A program made the translations under genes and the position numbers. Below, piece by piece: positions 13,605 to 25,554 of a stretch of 64,000 nucleotides of DNA. How positions within the stretch are numbered: the stretch's first letter is position 1; the number at the start of each line of letters is the position of its first letter. The notes beneath the pieces are model-generated. The model saw only the letters and a program-made list of their open reading frames with translations, was not told the origin of the DNA and made no database searches. This stretch comes from Lama glama (lineage: Eukaryota). Where the stretch lies: assembly GCA_028534125.1 (NCBI GenBank), contig CM052817.1:25856001-25920000 (forward strand), read 5' to 3'.

Positions 13605-14168
13605 GTACTAAGGTGTTTTCTCCACTGGGGTTTTTAAGTATCTTAGTAACAGTTTTACTTTGTTCTGCTGTTTTTATTTATTACAGATTTTGCATCGTAG
13701 ACTTACAAAATTTTCTCTCTAGATGCAGCCTTAGGTCATCTGCACGGAACCTGCATTTTAGATACTGTGTACATTCATTCTTTGCACTTGGCCTTGCCCC
13801 CTATGAATTAGCCATACCCCTCGGGGTATCAGTCCTTACCACTCACAGTTTTTATCAACTGTTATATTTATTTATTCTAGGAATCATGAACATGATTATT
13901 AGAATTATGAGTTAGCAGTAATCCCTAAAAATCAGTGTACTTTGTTCACATTTCAAAAATTATGGAAATTAATAAAAATCCTATTTACCATAAAACCCAC
14001 TATAAAGTAGAAATTACTAAGAACATATCTGCAAAATATGTGATTCTCTGGGATTTTGTGCAGAGGTTGGTCTTCTCTTAGTTCTGATGAAGGCAGACTC
14101 CTTTGACAATGCCCTCAGAGCCTTTTTCCCCTTCTGCTTTGGTGTCTTCTTGTGAAGGAATTGGAGTA

Positions 14169-14396
14169 CAGCTGACTTTTGAATGATACGGGTCTGAGCT
14201 GAGCAGGTCCGCTTATACATGGATTTTTTTCAATAGTGAATACTGTATACAATATTTACTGCATGATCCCAGGTTGGTTGAATCCGCAGATACAGAGGAA
14301 GTGCGGATACAGAAGGCTGACTATAAATTAAATACTAACTCTCAACTGCGTGGAGGGTCGGAGCCCCTAACCCTAGCGATGCTCAAAGGTCAACTG
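14169..14396. mobile_element. MER8-like TcMar-Tigger MITE
   Basis: TA|cagctgacttttgaa...ctcaaaggtcaactg|TA: terminal inverted repeats with TA target duplication. Confidence 0.85.
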
Positions 14397-15124
14397 TAAT
14401 TGATTTGTCTACAAAGTGCTGGAATGTCATAGCTGGAGCGGATTGTAGCCATCCTGATCCCTGAGTCCACTTCCTGTATTTTACAGATAAAGACACTGAG
14501 ACCCAGGGAGGCTAAGTTAACCTGCCGAAGGGCACAGCACATTAAACTGTGCCAAACCCCCTCATCTTATGTCCACTGATTCTAATAATCAGAAAACCAG
14601 CCTCAACTATGTGAAATTGTTTAGAGTTGAAGAAAACAGGAATGGAAAGTGGGCCAAAAAAAATTTTATAGGCCAGAGAAATTTATGTAGGTGTAAAAAT
14701 TTTTGAAATTTTGCTAAGTTAGTATATGGTATAAGAAACTTTCCATTTCAAGTACATGAGAACTCTGGGGAGTGGGGTTAGGAACACGGACTCTGAAGCC
14801 AGACCATTGTGGTTCAGATCCTGGCTCTGGAAAGGTCCTGGGGTGTTTCAGTTTCTCATCAATGAAAGTAGTATATAATCATACCTTTGTCCTGGAGGAT
14901 TTAAACAAGTTATTTCTCAAGTATTTAGAATACTACCTGGCACATGCTAAACCCTGAATACTTGATACTTGTTAAATAATTCTTTATTCATTGGCTTTTT
15001 AAAAATAATATCAACACTTAGTTACTAGAAAGTGAATGTGATTCTAACTGAAAGGCAAATTTTTAGGTGTTTCTCCCCTTAGCTAATGAAGAAAGTGATG
15101 TTTCTCTAATGATTTGTGTGTCAG

Positions 15125-15221
15125 GATGCCAAGTACCTGTTCCGCCTGTACATGGCCCTGGAGCAGTACCGAGAAGCCGCCCGCACCGCCATCATCATCG
15201 CCAGGGAAGAGCAGTCTGCAG
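15125..15221 (+). CDS. WDR19: WDR19 coding exon (probable exon 30)
   Basis: gtgtcag|GAT...GCAG|gtggg; [32 protein letters not shown](G). Confidence 0.96.
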
Positions 15222-15819
15222 GTGGGGTTCATGCTCTTCTCCCCAACATTCATGCTTTTCTCTCCAAACAGATAGTAGAATCGAGCTCCAGCTCGTTCTC
15301 TGCCCAGTTCTAATCTAGGCTTACTTTGAACGCAGAAGACTAGGGGGATGGCCATTTCTAGGTTTCAGAGAAGGAAAATAATTCACCACCACAGGAGGAC
15401 GTAGAACAACTCCACTGAGGGCTTCTCAGGTTAGGAGCTAGTTCCTCTCCTCCTCCCTGGCCTCGGTTTCTGTCTCCTGGATGACGACCCTGACCTCTCC
15501 AGCCCGCAGTGCACCCTCACACACCCGCCCCCACTTGCACAGCACTTTTCCGTCCATCCCAGGTATTTGGTTTTAAGAATATAGAAGATACTAGAAGATG
15601 GAAGACAATGTGGTGGTATTATTAACCTTGTTCTTTATAACATGCACGGGCTATTTATCGAGTCTCTAGAATGGTTCTGTTCACTTCTATGCTCTGTAAA
15701 TATCTCTTGAAAAAGTCAGAGAATTAGTCTGATAGCTTCACTAATTTTCGCAAGCTGATTCTTTTAGATATTCATTAAGTGTGGAATAGAGTTTTGGAAA
15801 ATGTGGAATGAAATAAGTC

Positions 15820-16560
15820 ATTCTTTATTCAGCTATGTTTACCTAACACCTGCCACCTCTCAGACATGTGGTAGGAGCTCAGGACTCAGGGGACTGAGCC
15901 ATGGTCCTGCCCTCAAGGATTCTGGATGTGATGGGAAAGACAGAAGTAAATCCATGTTGCTATACAGGGTGAGAAGTGCCAGAGTAGAAAGAAATACATT
16001 AGAAAGTCACCAGGAAAGGGGATCCACCCTATCCTGAGGGTCGGAGGTGGGGAAGGTGGAGGATGGAGGTGAGACCAGACAACGAGAGCTTCAGCTGAGC
16101 TGAAAGGATGAGCCAGCAGGAGCTGAGGGAGAAGGGGGTGTGCGGGGAAAGAACACACATGCTTGGAGAGACGTTGTGACACTGACTGTGACTGAGCAGG
16201 AGGGGAGGCAAAAGGTAAGGTTAGAAAGGTAGACAGGCAGTCCTGAAGCTCAAGTCCTCTGCTCTGAAGTTCGCACTTGATCCCTACGGCCATGGGAGGG
16301 TTTTATCGAGGGGTGTAACCTTGAGGTCTGGGGGCCTCGGGCAAGGCTTGAGGTGTGTACAAGAACACTCTGACATCAGATGGAGGCAGATGAAGCTCAG
16401 AAGGAATACTGATTAGTACGCTCACTAACTGCAGAGAGACGTCATGAAGCACTGACAGTGGGCCTGCGGGAGGAGCTGAATTTGGGAGACTTAGGAGGTA
16501 GACTCAGAACTTGAGGACCAGTTGAACTTTGGGCCAAATGGGTGCCCTGAGAAAGAGTGA
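15820..16560 (+). mobile_element. L2 LINE remnant
   Basis: tttattcagctatgtttacctaacacct...atggtcctgccctcaagga...ctgaaaggatgag purine-rich L2 3'-region pattern; orientation convention uncertain. Confidence 0.65.
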
Positions 16561-16736
16561 GCTGTCTAGGCCGATGCCATCAATTTTCTCCCTGAGGGAC
16601 TGTCAATTACAGCAGGAAAACTACCAAGTTACTTTATATAAGAAATTATTAAGATATTGCTAGTAACATGATTAACAAAATCCATCTGTAAAATGGGGGC
16701 CCACAGAAAGTCCTCAGATTTCCTCTTTTGCAGTAA

Positions 16737-16901
<165 letters not shown>

Positions 16902-17847
16902 TGACTTGGCACATCATCTGCCAGGTGTGTTCATCACCTGATGGGCTTTCCTCTAGGCCCCTCTCCAGTGGACTAGAGCCATTTCCTGGATCTCTGTATT
17001 GTTAAGTAAAATAACCAAGATACAATATGCCAAAAAAAAAAAAAAAACACTAGCAAAAGTAGTTTCCTAAAGGGATCGTGGCGTGGGGCAGAGGAAGCGT
17101 GGCGCCAAACCCAGTCAGGGGAGACGGGGGAGAGCAGGTTTCTCCGGATAGTGTATCTTTTTATATTGTTTTGATTTTGAAGCATATAAATGTATTACCT
17201 GGTCAAAAAAAAGATTTATTTAAAACATTTTTGTTTTAAATAATAAAACCAGAGCTTCCTAGTTTATTAATTCTAAGATGGTGGATTATTACATAATTCC
17301 ACTGTGTTTTCATACAGTGAAATTGTATGTTTTAGTTTCCATCTCAATATAAAAATAATACATATTCACTGAGAAAAAAAGTCTAATGAAAAAATAATAT
17401 GCCCTTTGTCCATCACCAGATATAACAGTTGTTAATACTATGTTATATATATCCTCCATACTTCTAAAATACATGTGTGCACTCTTTATTAATTTTTTTA
17501 CCACATTAGGCTTATATTTATGTCCGGTTGTCTATTGCATTTTTTAATCAGTAATTTTCAATAAAAAACAAAATAGAGCATGTGAACCTGAAATACTTCT
17601 ATGTACAATTTACATAAACTATAAAATGTTACATAAATATTTATATATACACACATATCTTTGTAAAGATACAGGCAGATTCTAACTTACATATTTTCCA
17701 AATTTTCATTTATGTCAAAGTACATCTTCCCATATTAATGCTAAGTTGGTTTTCAGGCCAGTCCACAAGAGCGTATTTAATTTTGAAGCTTCCGAGGTTA
17801 CAGCCATCACATTATGAGTGACTTAGATCTTAATTCTGGTCTAAAAC

Positions 17848-18021
17848 AGCACTGGCCAGTGAGCTTTCTGCAGTAATACAAGTGCTCTGTATCCACTAGC
17901 CTGGCTATGGAGCACTTGAAATTCAGATAGTGCAACTGATAAACTAAATTTTAAATTTTATATAATCTTAATTTTTAAATTTAAACAGCCACACCTGACT
18001 AGTGGCTACCTATCATATTGG
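17848..18021. mobile_element. MER3/MER33-like hAT-Charlie element
   Basis: ggctatggagcacttgaaat...aaactaaattttaaatttt...aacagccacac...tagtggctacc. Confidence 0.7.
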
Positions 18022-19356
18022 GCCCCAAGGGCCTGTAGTATTGATGGTAAGGGAAAATTTAGAATTCCAACTTGCAAATACTCTTGTACTGAAAGGACTA
18101 CAAAGAGGGAGGGAGGGCTTCCTCAGCTTCAGACACGAGAGGTGGTGCCAACGTGCTGGGGGCTCAGAATCCAGCAAAATGGAGCCTTTAGGGGAGAAAT
18201 AAGTCGATGGAAGATGGGAACAAAAGTAAGGATTCCTGTAAGAAGCCTCCAGGACCAGGGCTTCCTTCCACCATAAGCCAAAGGGGTGGTTCTCAATCCT
18301 TTTTCTTTCCCTCCGGCCCTAAGAGCTGGCCCATCATCTCCATTGGACCAGACATCCTCCTCCCTCCCTCTGAAGAGCACTCATGGGGCTTTTCCCCTCT
18401 GCTCTAGTCTCTTATTCGAGCACCAACACTTTCAAGATTTTTAACTATTTGTGGTATCAAAAGGAAAGCTATGAGACATTACCAGGTAAGAACTAATTGA
18501 GATAAAAATGTCACAGGCATCTTTGAAACCAAGACCTGGAGAAAGGCATCCACATTTCAAGGGAAATGGAGGCCCGGCTTTGATGGATGCTTCCTCCCCA
18601 GAGCTGGGACAGGGACCTGGGCTGAAGGACAGCCTGGGACCTTTGCATGTGGAGGGCTGAACTGGGCAGTCGGAGGCCCAGGGGAGTCGGTGGAGGGCAG
18701 GGGAGGACAAGCAGCAGGGGCTGCCCTTCCCTGTCTTCAGATTCAGTTAATATGTAGTACATCGTAGTGCGCAGTAAATTACGCCATCATCCATCTGCTC
18801 AGACCTGATGCCTGGGAGTTACTCTGTACTCACCCTTCACATTGTCACAAATACCATCAGTTCTGACTCCAAGTCTATCTGCTTCTCTACCCCCCACTGC
18901 CCGCTCTCCTCTCACCTGGACGATGGCAGTGACGTCGTGGCCTGGCCCTGCCAACTCTCCAGCCTCACACCATCCCAAGTGGACCTCCTCCTTGCATCTC
19001 ACATCCTACTCTGCTTACCTAATCCCAGGCCCCTCCAGCCGGGGTTGCCTCTTTCTCTTCCCACAAGCAGCGCCCTCTTCCTGTAACAACTCATCCTCTC
19101 TCCTCTGCCTGACTAGCTCAGTTTTCAGGTCACACAACTTGGTAAAGTTCATGTTGTTAATCCCGCAATCATGGCCACTGTGAAGGACCAAGGATTCGAA
19201 CTCACGTCTAGTGGTCTAGGGCAAAGTGAAAAGCAGATGGTAGAGTAGGGGTGAGCCTGGTGAGGCTGTGGTGCGAGGCAGCAGCTTCTGGGAGGAGAGA
19301 AGTAAGGGAGAAACCCTGAACGACCTTAGCCAGGGAAGGCTGCAGGGGTCCCGTGA

Positions 19357-19587
<231 letters not shown>

Positions 19588-19674
19588 TAGCCTGATGAGC
19601 TCTGTCCTCACCAGCTCTGCAGCCACTCTTCTCCACACTATCAACTCAGTCAGTCCTTACAACCCATGAAGTGG

Positions 19675-20182
19675 TATAACCAGGGCCCCCAAGAACACCC
19701 CAGGTTTGATAACTCACTAGGAGGACTCACACATATAGTAGTCTAGAGCTAAGGCTTTTTACAGGGAAAGGATACAAAGCAAAATCGGCAAAGGGGAGAA
19801 GCCCTGGGGTGGGGTCTGGAGGACAGATGCAAGCGTCCAAGAGTCCTCCCAGACCAGCCACACAGGATGCACCCAACACCTCCCGCCAACATATGTAAGA
19901 TGGCGTCCAGCAGGGACGCTCACAAGAGACTCAGTGCCTGGGTGTGGTCTTGGGGGCTGGTCATGGAGGCACCCCCTGCTTGGCATGTACCAAGTTGCCA
20001 GGTTCCCAGAAAGCAAGTGCTCAGCATAAACCACATTGTTCGTACAAAGAGTTCAGGCACAGGGGTCCACTCTCCTCAGTTCTGAAAATGGCGGGAACTC
20101 TCCCCAAACCCAAGTTCCCAGGTGCCAGCCCAGGACCAACCTCTCAAGCAGGTCTTTCTAAGGCTGTCTCAAGACTGCACAC
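19675..20182. mobile_element. MER21-like LTR inserted into a MIR
   Basis: cccaagaacaccccaggtttgataactcactaggaggactcac...aaaggatacaaagcaaaatc; MIR-like sequence on both sides (acaacccatgaag / tattttacagataagcaaactg). Confidence 0.75.
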
Positions 20183-20392
20183 GTGTCCTATTATTCTTTT
20201 CCCTATTTTACAGATAAGCAAACTGGGACAAAAAAGTGAGGTAACCTGGGCCCGAGATCATACTGCCAGCTAATATAGGTCTGACTGTGTTCTCAACCAC
20301 TATAGGCCACTGCCTCTGAAAAAGATCCCATTATTCTAAAAGACGTGTCATTATAGCACTCTCCAGTGATTCTATTTTGTCACATTCTACGA

Positions 20393-20683
20393 TAGGGGTC
20401 AACAGATTTTTCTGAAAAATGTCAGATGTCAAATGTTCAGGGTTTGTGGGCTACATGGTCCCTGTCCCAACTATTCAGCTCTGCTGTTTTGGTGTGAACC
20501 ATAGGTAAATGAGCATGGCTGTGTTCCAACAGAACTTCATTCTTCTGGACACTAAAATTTAAACCTCATATAACTTTCATATGTCACAAAATTTTCTTTC
20601 CCTTTTGGTATTTTTCAACCATTTAAAAATATAAAAAATCAGAGAGCCAAATTTGGTCCACAGGTCAACATTCATCAATCCCT
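20393..20683. mobile_element. MER58-like hAT-Charlie element
   Basis: taggggtcaacagattttt...aactattcagctctgc...catggctgtgttccaa...aatccctg. Confidence 0.75.
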
Positions 20684-21310
20684 GTTCTCTAAATATGTTC
20701 TTTTTTGTTACATGAAAAAGACTAAAATAATTGTACACCGTGCTGGCAAAGGGTGAGACTGGACAGGCACTGTCATGACTACTGGTGGGGGACATTGGTA
20801 TGGCCTTTCTAGAAAGCAGTTTGGCAGTTTGTGCTAAGAGTGTTTTTGTTTGTTTGTTTTTTTTTAAGTCCTGTTCTTTGAGCCAGTAATCCAACTTCTA
20901 GGTACTTGTGCTAGAAAAGCAGGTGCACGCAGAGAGGTTAGTGCATGAAATTGTTAACCTCCTTCACCCATTCATCAGCAGCCCTGTCAAATGCAAAACT
21001 GTATCCCAGAGGCAGGGAAGGATGCACACAAAAGGCTACCTGGAGGGAGTGGGGGTCCTGGTGTTACAGGCAAAATACAGTATAATCAGGAAAGACGAGG
21101 TGATGAGCAGTTACCTGACTCCCCTGCTGTGCCTAAACAGGTCCTATCTGGTTAAGCAGGTCCTCATTAAACAGGTCCTGTCTGGTTCTTTGCCAGAAAA
21201 AGCAGTTTAGATTTAGAGAGGAGCGAGCCTGCCTGCCCCGGAGCAGGGAGGGCATCACGCCAGCAGAGGCAAGGTGCTCTCTCCGCAACTCAACTCCATT
21301 TGCATTGCAG

Positions 21311-21461
21311 ACATCGTGCCCATCCTGACGTCGACCGTGATCGAGTGTCACAGGGCCGGCTTGAAGAAGTCTGCCTTCAGCTTTGCAGCTATGTTGATGA
21401 GGCCCGAGTACCGCAGCAAGCTAGATGCCAAGTACAAAAAGAAGATCGAGGCAATGGTCAG
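21311..21461 (+). CDS. WDR19: WDR19 coding exon (probable exon 33)
   Basis: cattgcag|AC...TCAG|gtggg; [49 protein letters not shown](R). Confidence 0.97.
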
Positions 21462-21539
21462 GTGGGCGGTGACAGCTGTTTCTACACATTTCACAAGAGT
21501 ATCTTTCAGAACATAGCTGCTGAAGTGTGGACTCAACAA

Positions 21540-22003
21540 GAACACAGATTGAGGGGGAGCAATTAGGACTGTACTCAGTGGCCAGCAGCAAGAAACCCAA
21601 CGAGGGCTTAAACAGGTCAGGAGTTACTTGACTCATATGCAAGGCATCGTAGCCCAGGGCTGGTTCTGCTGTCCTGATGCCACCAAGGACAGATTCCCTC
21701 CACCTTCCAGCTTTACCACCCAGAGCAGAGAAGTTTCCCCCTCATGGCTGCATGGTTGTGGTTGTCTGCCGCGACTCGAGATACCAAGTCCCCATTCAAT
21801 GCAGGAAGAAGTAGGGAAATTAAAAGACCACAAGGCCCTTGCCTTTTTAGTTAGGAAAGACACCAGCCCCTGGACTTGCACGCAGGGGCAGCTCTGCATG
21901 GCTGCTTCTAGCTGAGAAGCACACTGCTGAGGAGAAACAAAGTTCTGTTGGCAAGGAAGAAGGAGGGGGTGGCTATTAGGTAGGCAGCAAACAGTGCCTG
22001 CCA
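21540..22003. mobile_element. Old MaLR LTR (MLT1K/L-like)
   Basis: Terminal motif ttctgttggcaaggaagaagg...ggctattaggtaggcagcaaacagtgcctgcca. Confidence 0.6.
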
Positions 22004-22027
22004 GAGAGGGCCAAAGAGTGACTTTTT

Positions 22028-22154
22028 AAAAAATTTATTTGTCGGGGGAGGGACTGGGTTTATCTATTTATTTTTAGTGGGAGTACTGGGGATTGAACCT
22101 AGGACGTTGTGCATGCTAAGCATGCACTCTACCATTTGAGCTATACCCTCCCCT
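22028..22154 (-). mobile_element. tRNA-Ala-derived SINE (Vic-1 type)
   Basis: Reverse GGGGAGGGTATAGCTCAAATGGTAGAGTGCATGCTTAGCATGCAC...GGTTCAATCCCCAGTAC; degenerate flanking repeats agagtgacttttt/agagtaactattt. Confidence 0.9.
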
Positions 22155-22621
22155 CGAGAGTAACTATTTCTTGGTGTAAGAAACTTGGTAATAACAGTGC
22201 CTACTGCCAGAGGAGAGTTCGTTTCCAAACCCTGTGTAACTCCTAAGGCACATCAGGCATGTCCTCACTTCAGAAAGCGGTGAAGCGGCCGGGTTTTCTA
22301 CAGGAAAACCAGGGAAAAGTAGCACTCGCGTTTGCAAAAGGAAAAATTCATTGCAGTCATGTAGTAATTCTATACCACTACCGTTCCAGGTAGTGATGAC
22401 ATTCGGGGCACTTGTTAGTCCCGTTATGACCAGGGAACCCTCGTGTACCTGAATCTTGACCCAGAACTCTCATCTCAGCCACGGAAGATGGCTGCTCCCG
22501 GAGCACCGAAGGGAAGCAAGCGCTGTGTTTTTGTTAGCTGGGCTCATGGCAGAGAACTCAAACCTGGACAGGGCTGCATGAGCACTTCCTTTTTTTTTAT
22601 GATAAGCCGGAGTAGCTTCAG

Positions 22622-22721
22622 NNNNNNNNNNNNNNNNNNNNNNNNNNNNNNNNNNNNNNNNNNNNNNNNNNNNNNNNNNNNNNNNNNNNNNNNNNNNNNN
22701 NNNNNNNNNNNNNNNNNNNNN
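22622..22721. other. Assembly gap (100 N)
   Basis: Run of N; flanking exons join in frame (VR|RPD). Confidence 1.
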
Positions 22722-22759
22722 CTGCTTATTCTCTCCCTGCGCAAGAGGGCTCTGTAGCT

Positions 22760-23412
<653 letters not shown>

Positions 23413-24123
23413 TAACCCATTCGAATGCTTGATGTGTGTCAATATTTTTTTTACTTCTGAATTTCTCTTCCCCCTCAAATTTCCTGCAACATTAGCATAT
23501 AATTTCATGATCAGCAAGGTTAAAAGTTATATTCAAGGCATATAAAAATCTAAGTGAGTACCAGGAAGGCACTCGGGGCAGGGTGGCACACGCCTGGGGG
23601 TCAGACAGTCCTGGGCTTAGAGCCTCTTTCTGCCAGTTATTGGCTACATAACCTGATGTGGTTTGCTTTTTCCTTGCTAGGTCCATCCTTAACAATACCT
23701 GCCTAGTAAGATAAACTGCAGGTTGATGAGAGAACATGTATGAAACCTTAATACCACACCTGGCATGCTGCAGCACTTAATAAGTAGTGGTTTTTATTAT
23801 AAACTTTAAGGCCTATTATTAGAAAAATTTTAAGTATCAGATTATTTACTAATCACTAGGCTAATATAAGCTTTACTTTAAAGAAAGCAAAGTTAGGTAA
23901 GGATGTCACAATATTGAAAATTGTTCTTTTATACCTGAATCTGATAAATGAAACTTGGCTTTTGTCCTTTTGATGTCATCTTTCTATCACCTAACCATCT
24001 ATGTGAAGTAGCAGTAGTTTCATAATTTAGAGGTCTTTTACCTGTAACTGTGTATTGTAACTGAATAATGCTGAGAGTCTTAAACGTAAAGATTAATTTT
24101 ACTCTTCAACTTACTGTTTCCAG

Positions 24124-24200
24124 GGTCGACATATGCTGAAGGATGACTGGACAGTGTGTCCACATTGCGACTTCCCTGCTCTGTACTCAGAACTCAAGAT
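24124..24200 (+). CDS. WDR19: WDR19 coding exon (probable exon 35)
   Basis: tttccag|GGT...AAGAT|gtaagt; [25 protein letters not shown](I). Confidence 0.96.
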
Positions 24201-24524
24201 GTAAGTGTGTATTGTTTCACTGAGTCATACAGATTTATTGGAAAATGGGCCTTTCATTCAGCCTCTTTTATTCTGAGGTCTCCTTATTTGTTCATGTTCC
24301 TAAAAAATCTCTGAAGACCTAAATTATCTTCTTGGAAGAATCTTCTATGACCTTTATGAACATTTTACTTAAAGGGGATCTTGCACGAGACTCAGTATTC
24401 CAAATTCTTAAATCTCATGGTGAACACGTACTAAGAGGTAGAAAGGAACAGTCGTTTTCCACAGCACAATAACCAAAGGGAATATTACATATTTAATCTA
24501 CTCTGCCTTTCCTTCCCCAAACAG

Positions 24525-24636
24525 CATGTTAAACACTGAAAGCACATGTCCTATGTGTTCAGAAAGATTAAACTTCGCTCAACTGAAAAAAATCCCAGAC
24601 TGTACCCCGTACCTGCGGACAGAGGTGGAGCAGTGA
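24525..24636 (+). CDS. WDR19: WDR19 last coding exon (probable exon 36) with stop codon
   Basis: cccaaacag|C ATG...; [36 protein letters not shown]; exon extends to a CAG|gtaagt donor after 24649. Confidence 0.95.
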
Positions 24637-25554
24637 GTGGCAGGTGCAGGTAAGTGCCAAGCCGTCCACTCACCTTCCAGGACACGAGGTCCACAGGGTA
24701 GACACAGCTTCACAGTTTGTTTTGGCACTGACTCTTTTTTGTGCATCATGTAATTTGTCAGATTTGAACAAACAACACACCTTTGATGAACTTAAAAAAA
24801 AAAAAGCTAAAATGCGAGTTGTGGTCTCCACAGTGACAAAGGTCATTTGGCCAAGCAGCATCATGGATTCCAACCAGAACACATTTTATCCAATCACATG
24901 GGCTTCTTTTTAATCAGTCCATTAAACTATAGCCAGCTAATAACAATGGAGTTTTTTAAAGTTCTACAGTTCAGGAGAAAATACTGTAAAAATTTTTGCT
25001 TCCGGAGACTTGAAAAATCCCCATTTCTTTTCCTTTCCAAGTTTCATTTTTGTCTCATGGAAGCTGCACATACTCCTTCCACCCTCACTCCACTGGCAAG
25101 GATTTCCTCATATGGCAACACATACTGCAAGCGAGGAGGCAGGGAAATGTAGTCGAAAGCCGGGAAGCCAAAAGCCCCTGCCAAAAACTCAGAAAATTCT
25201 TTAATTAAAAGTAAAAAGGAGGATTAGTCCCCGACACAGCACTAAACCTAGATAAAATGAACTCCAGGTTTTCACATAAAACCTGTGCTTGCAGTCTGCC
25301 CTCCCTCGGTAGCTCCACCCACCAGCTGGTCAGGATGGAAATCTGGACATTATCTTTGATTGATGCTACCCTCACCCCCAGTCACCCAGTCCATGGGCAA
25401 GTCCTCTCAGTGTGCCTCCAGTGTACCTTGTTCCCTTTCCTCTGGGGGCTTTTTAATGCACCTGCAAAAACAAAGAGCCTAAGAGACTCTGTATGAGCAG
25501 GCCCCAGCCTCCTCCTCTGCTCACCATGCTGCAGCCCCACTGGCCTTTTGGCTG

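Noticed and set aside
22078..22154. tRNA-Ala(AGC)-like sequence (also at about 13245-13318 and 52563-52640)
   Set aside because: Each has an A-rich tail, flanking direct repeats and stem mismatches, so they are SINE heads rather than tRNA genes
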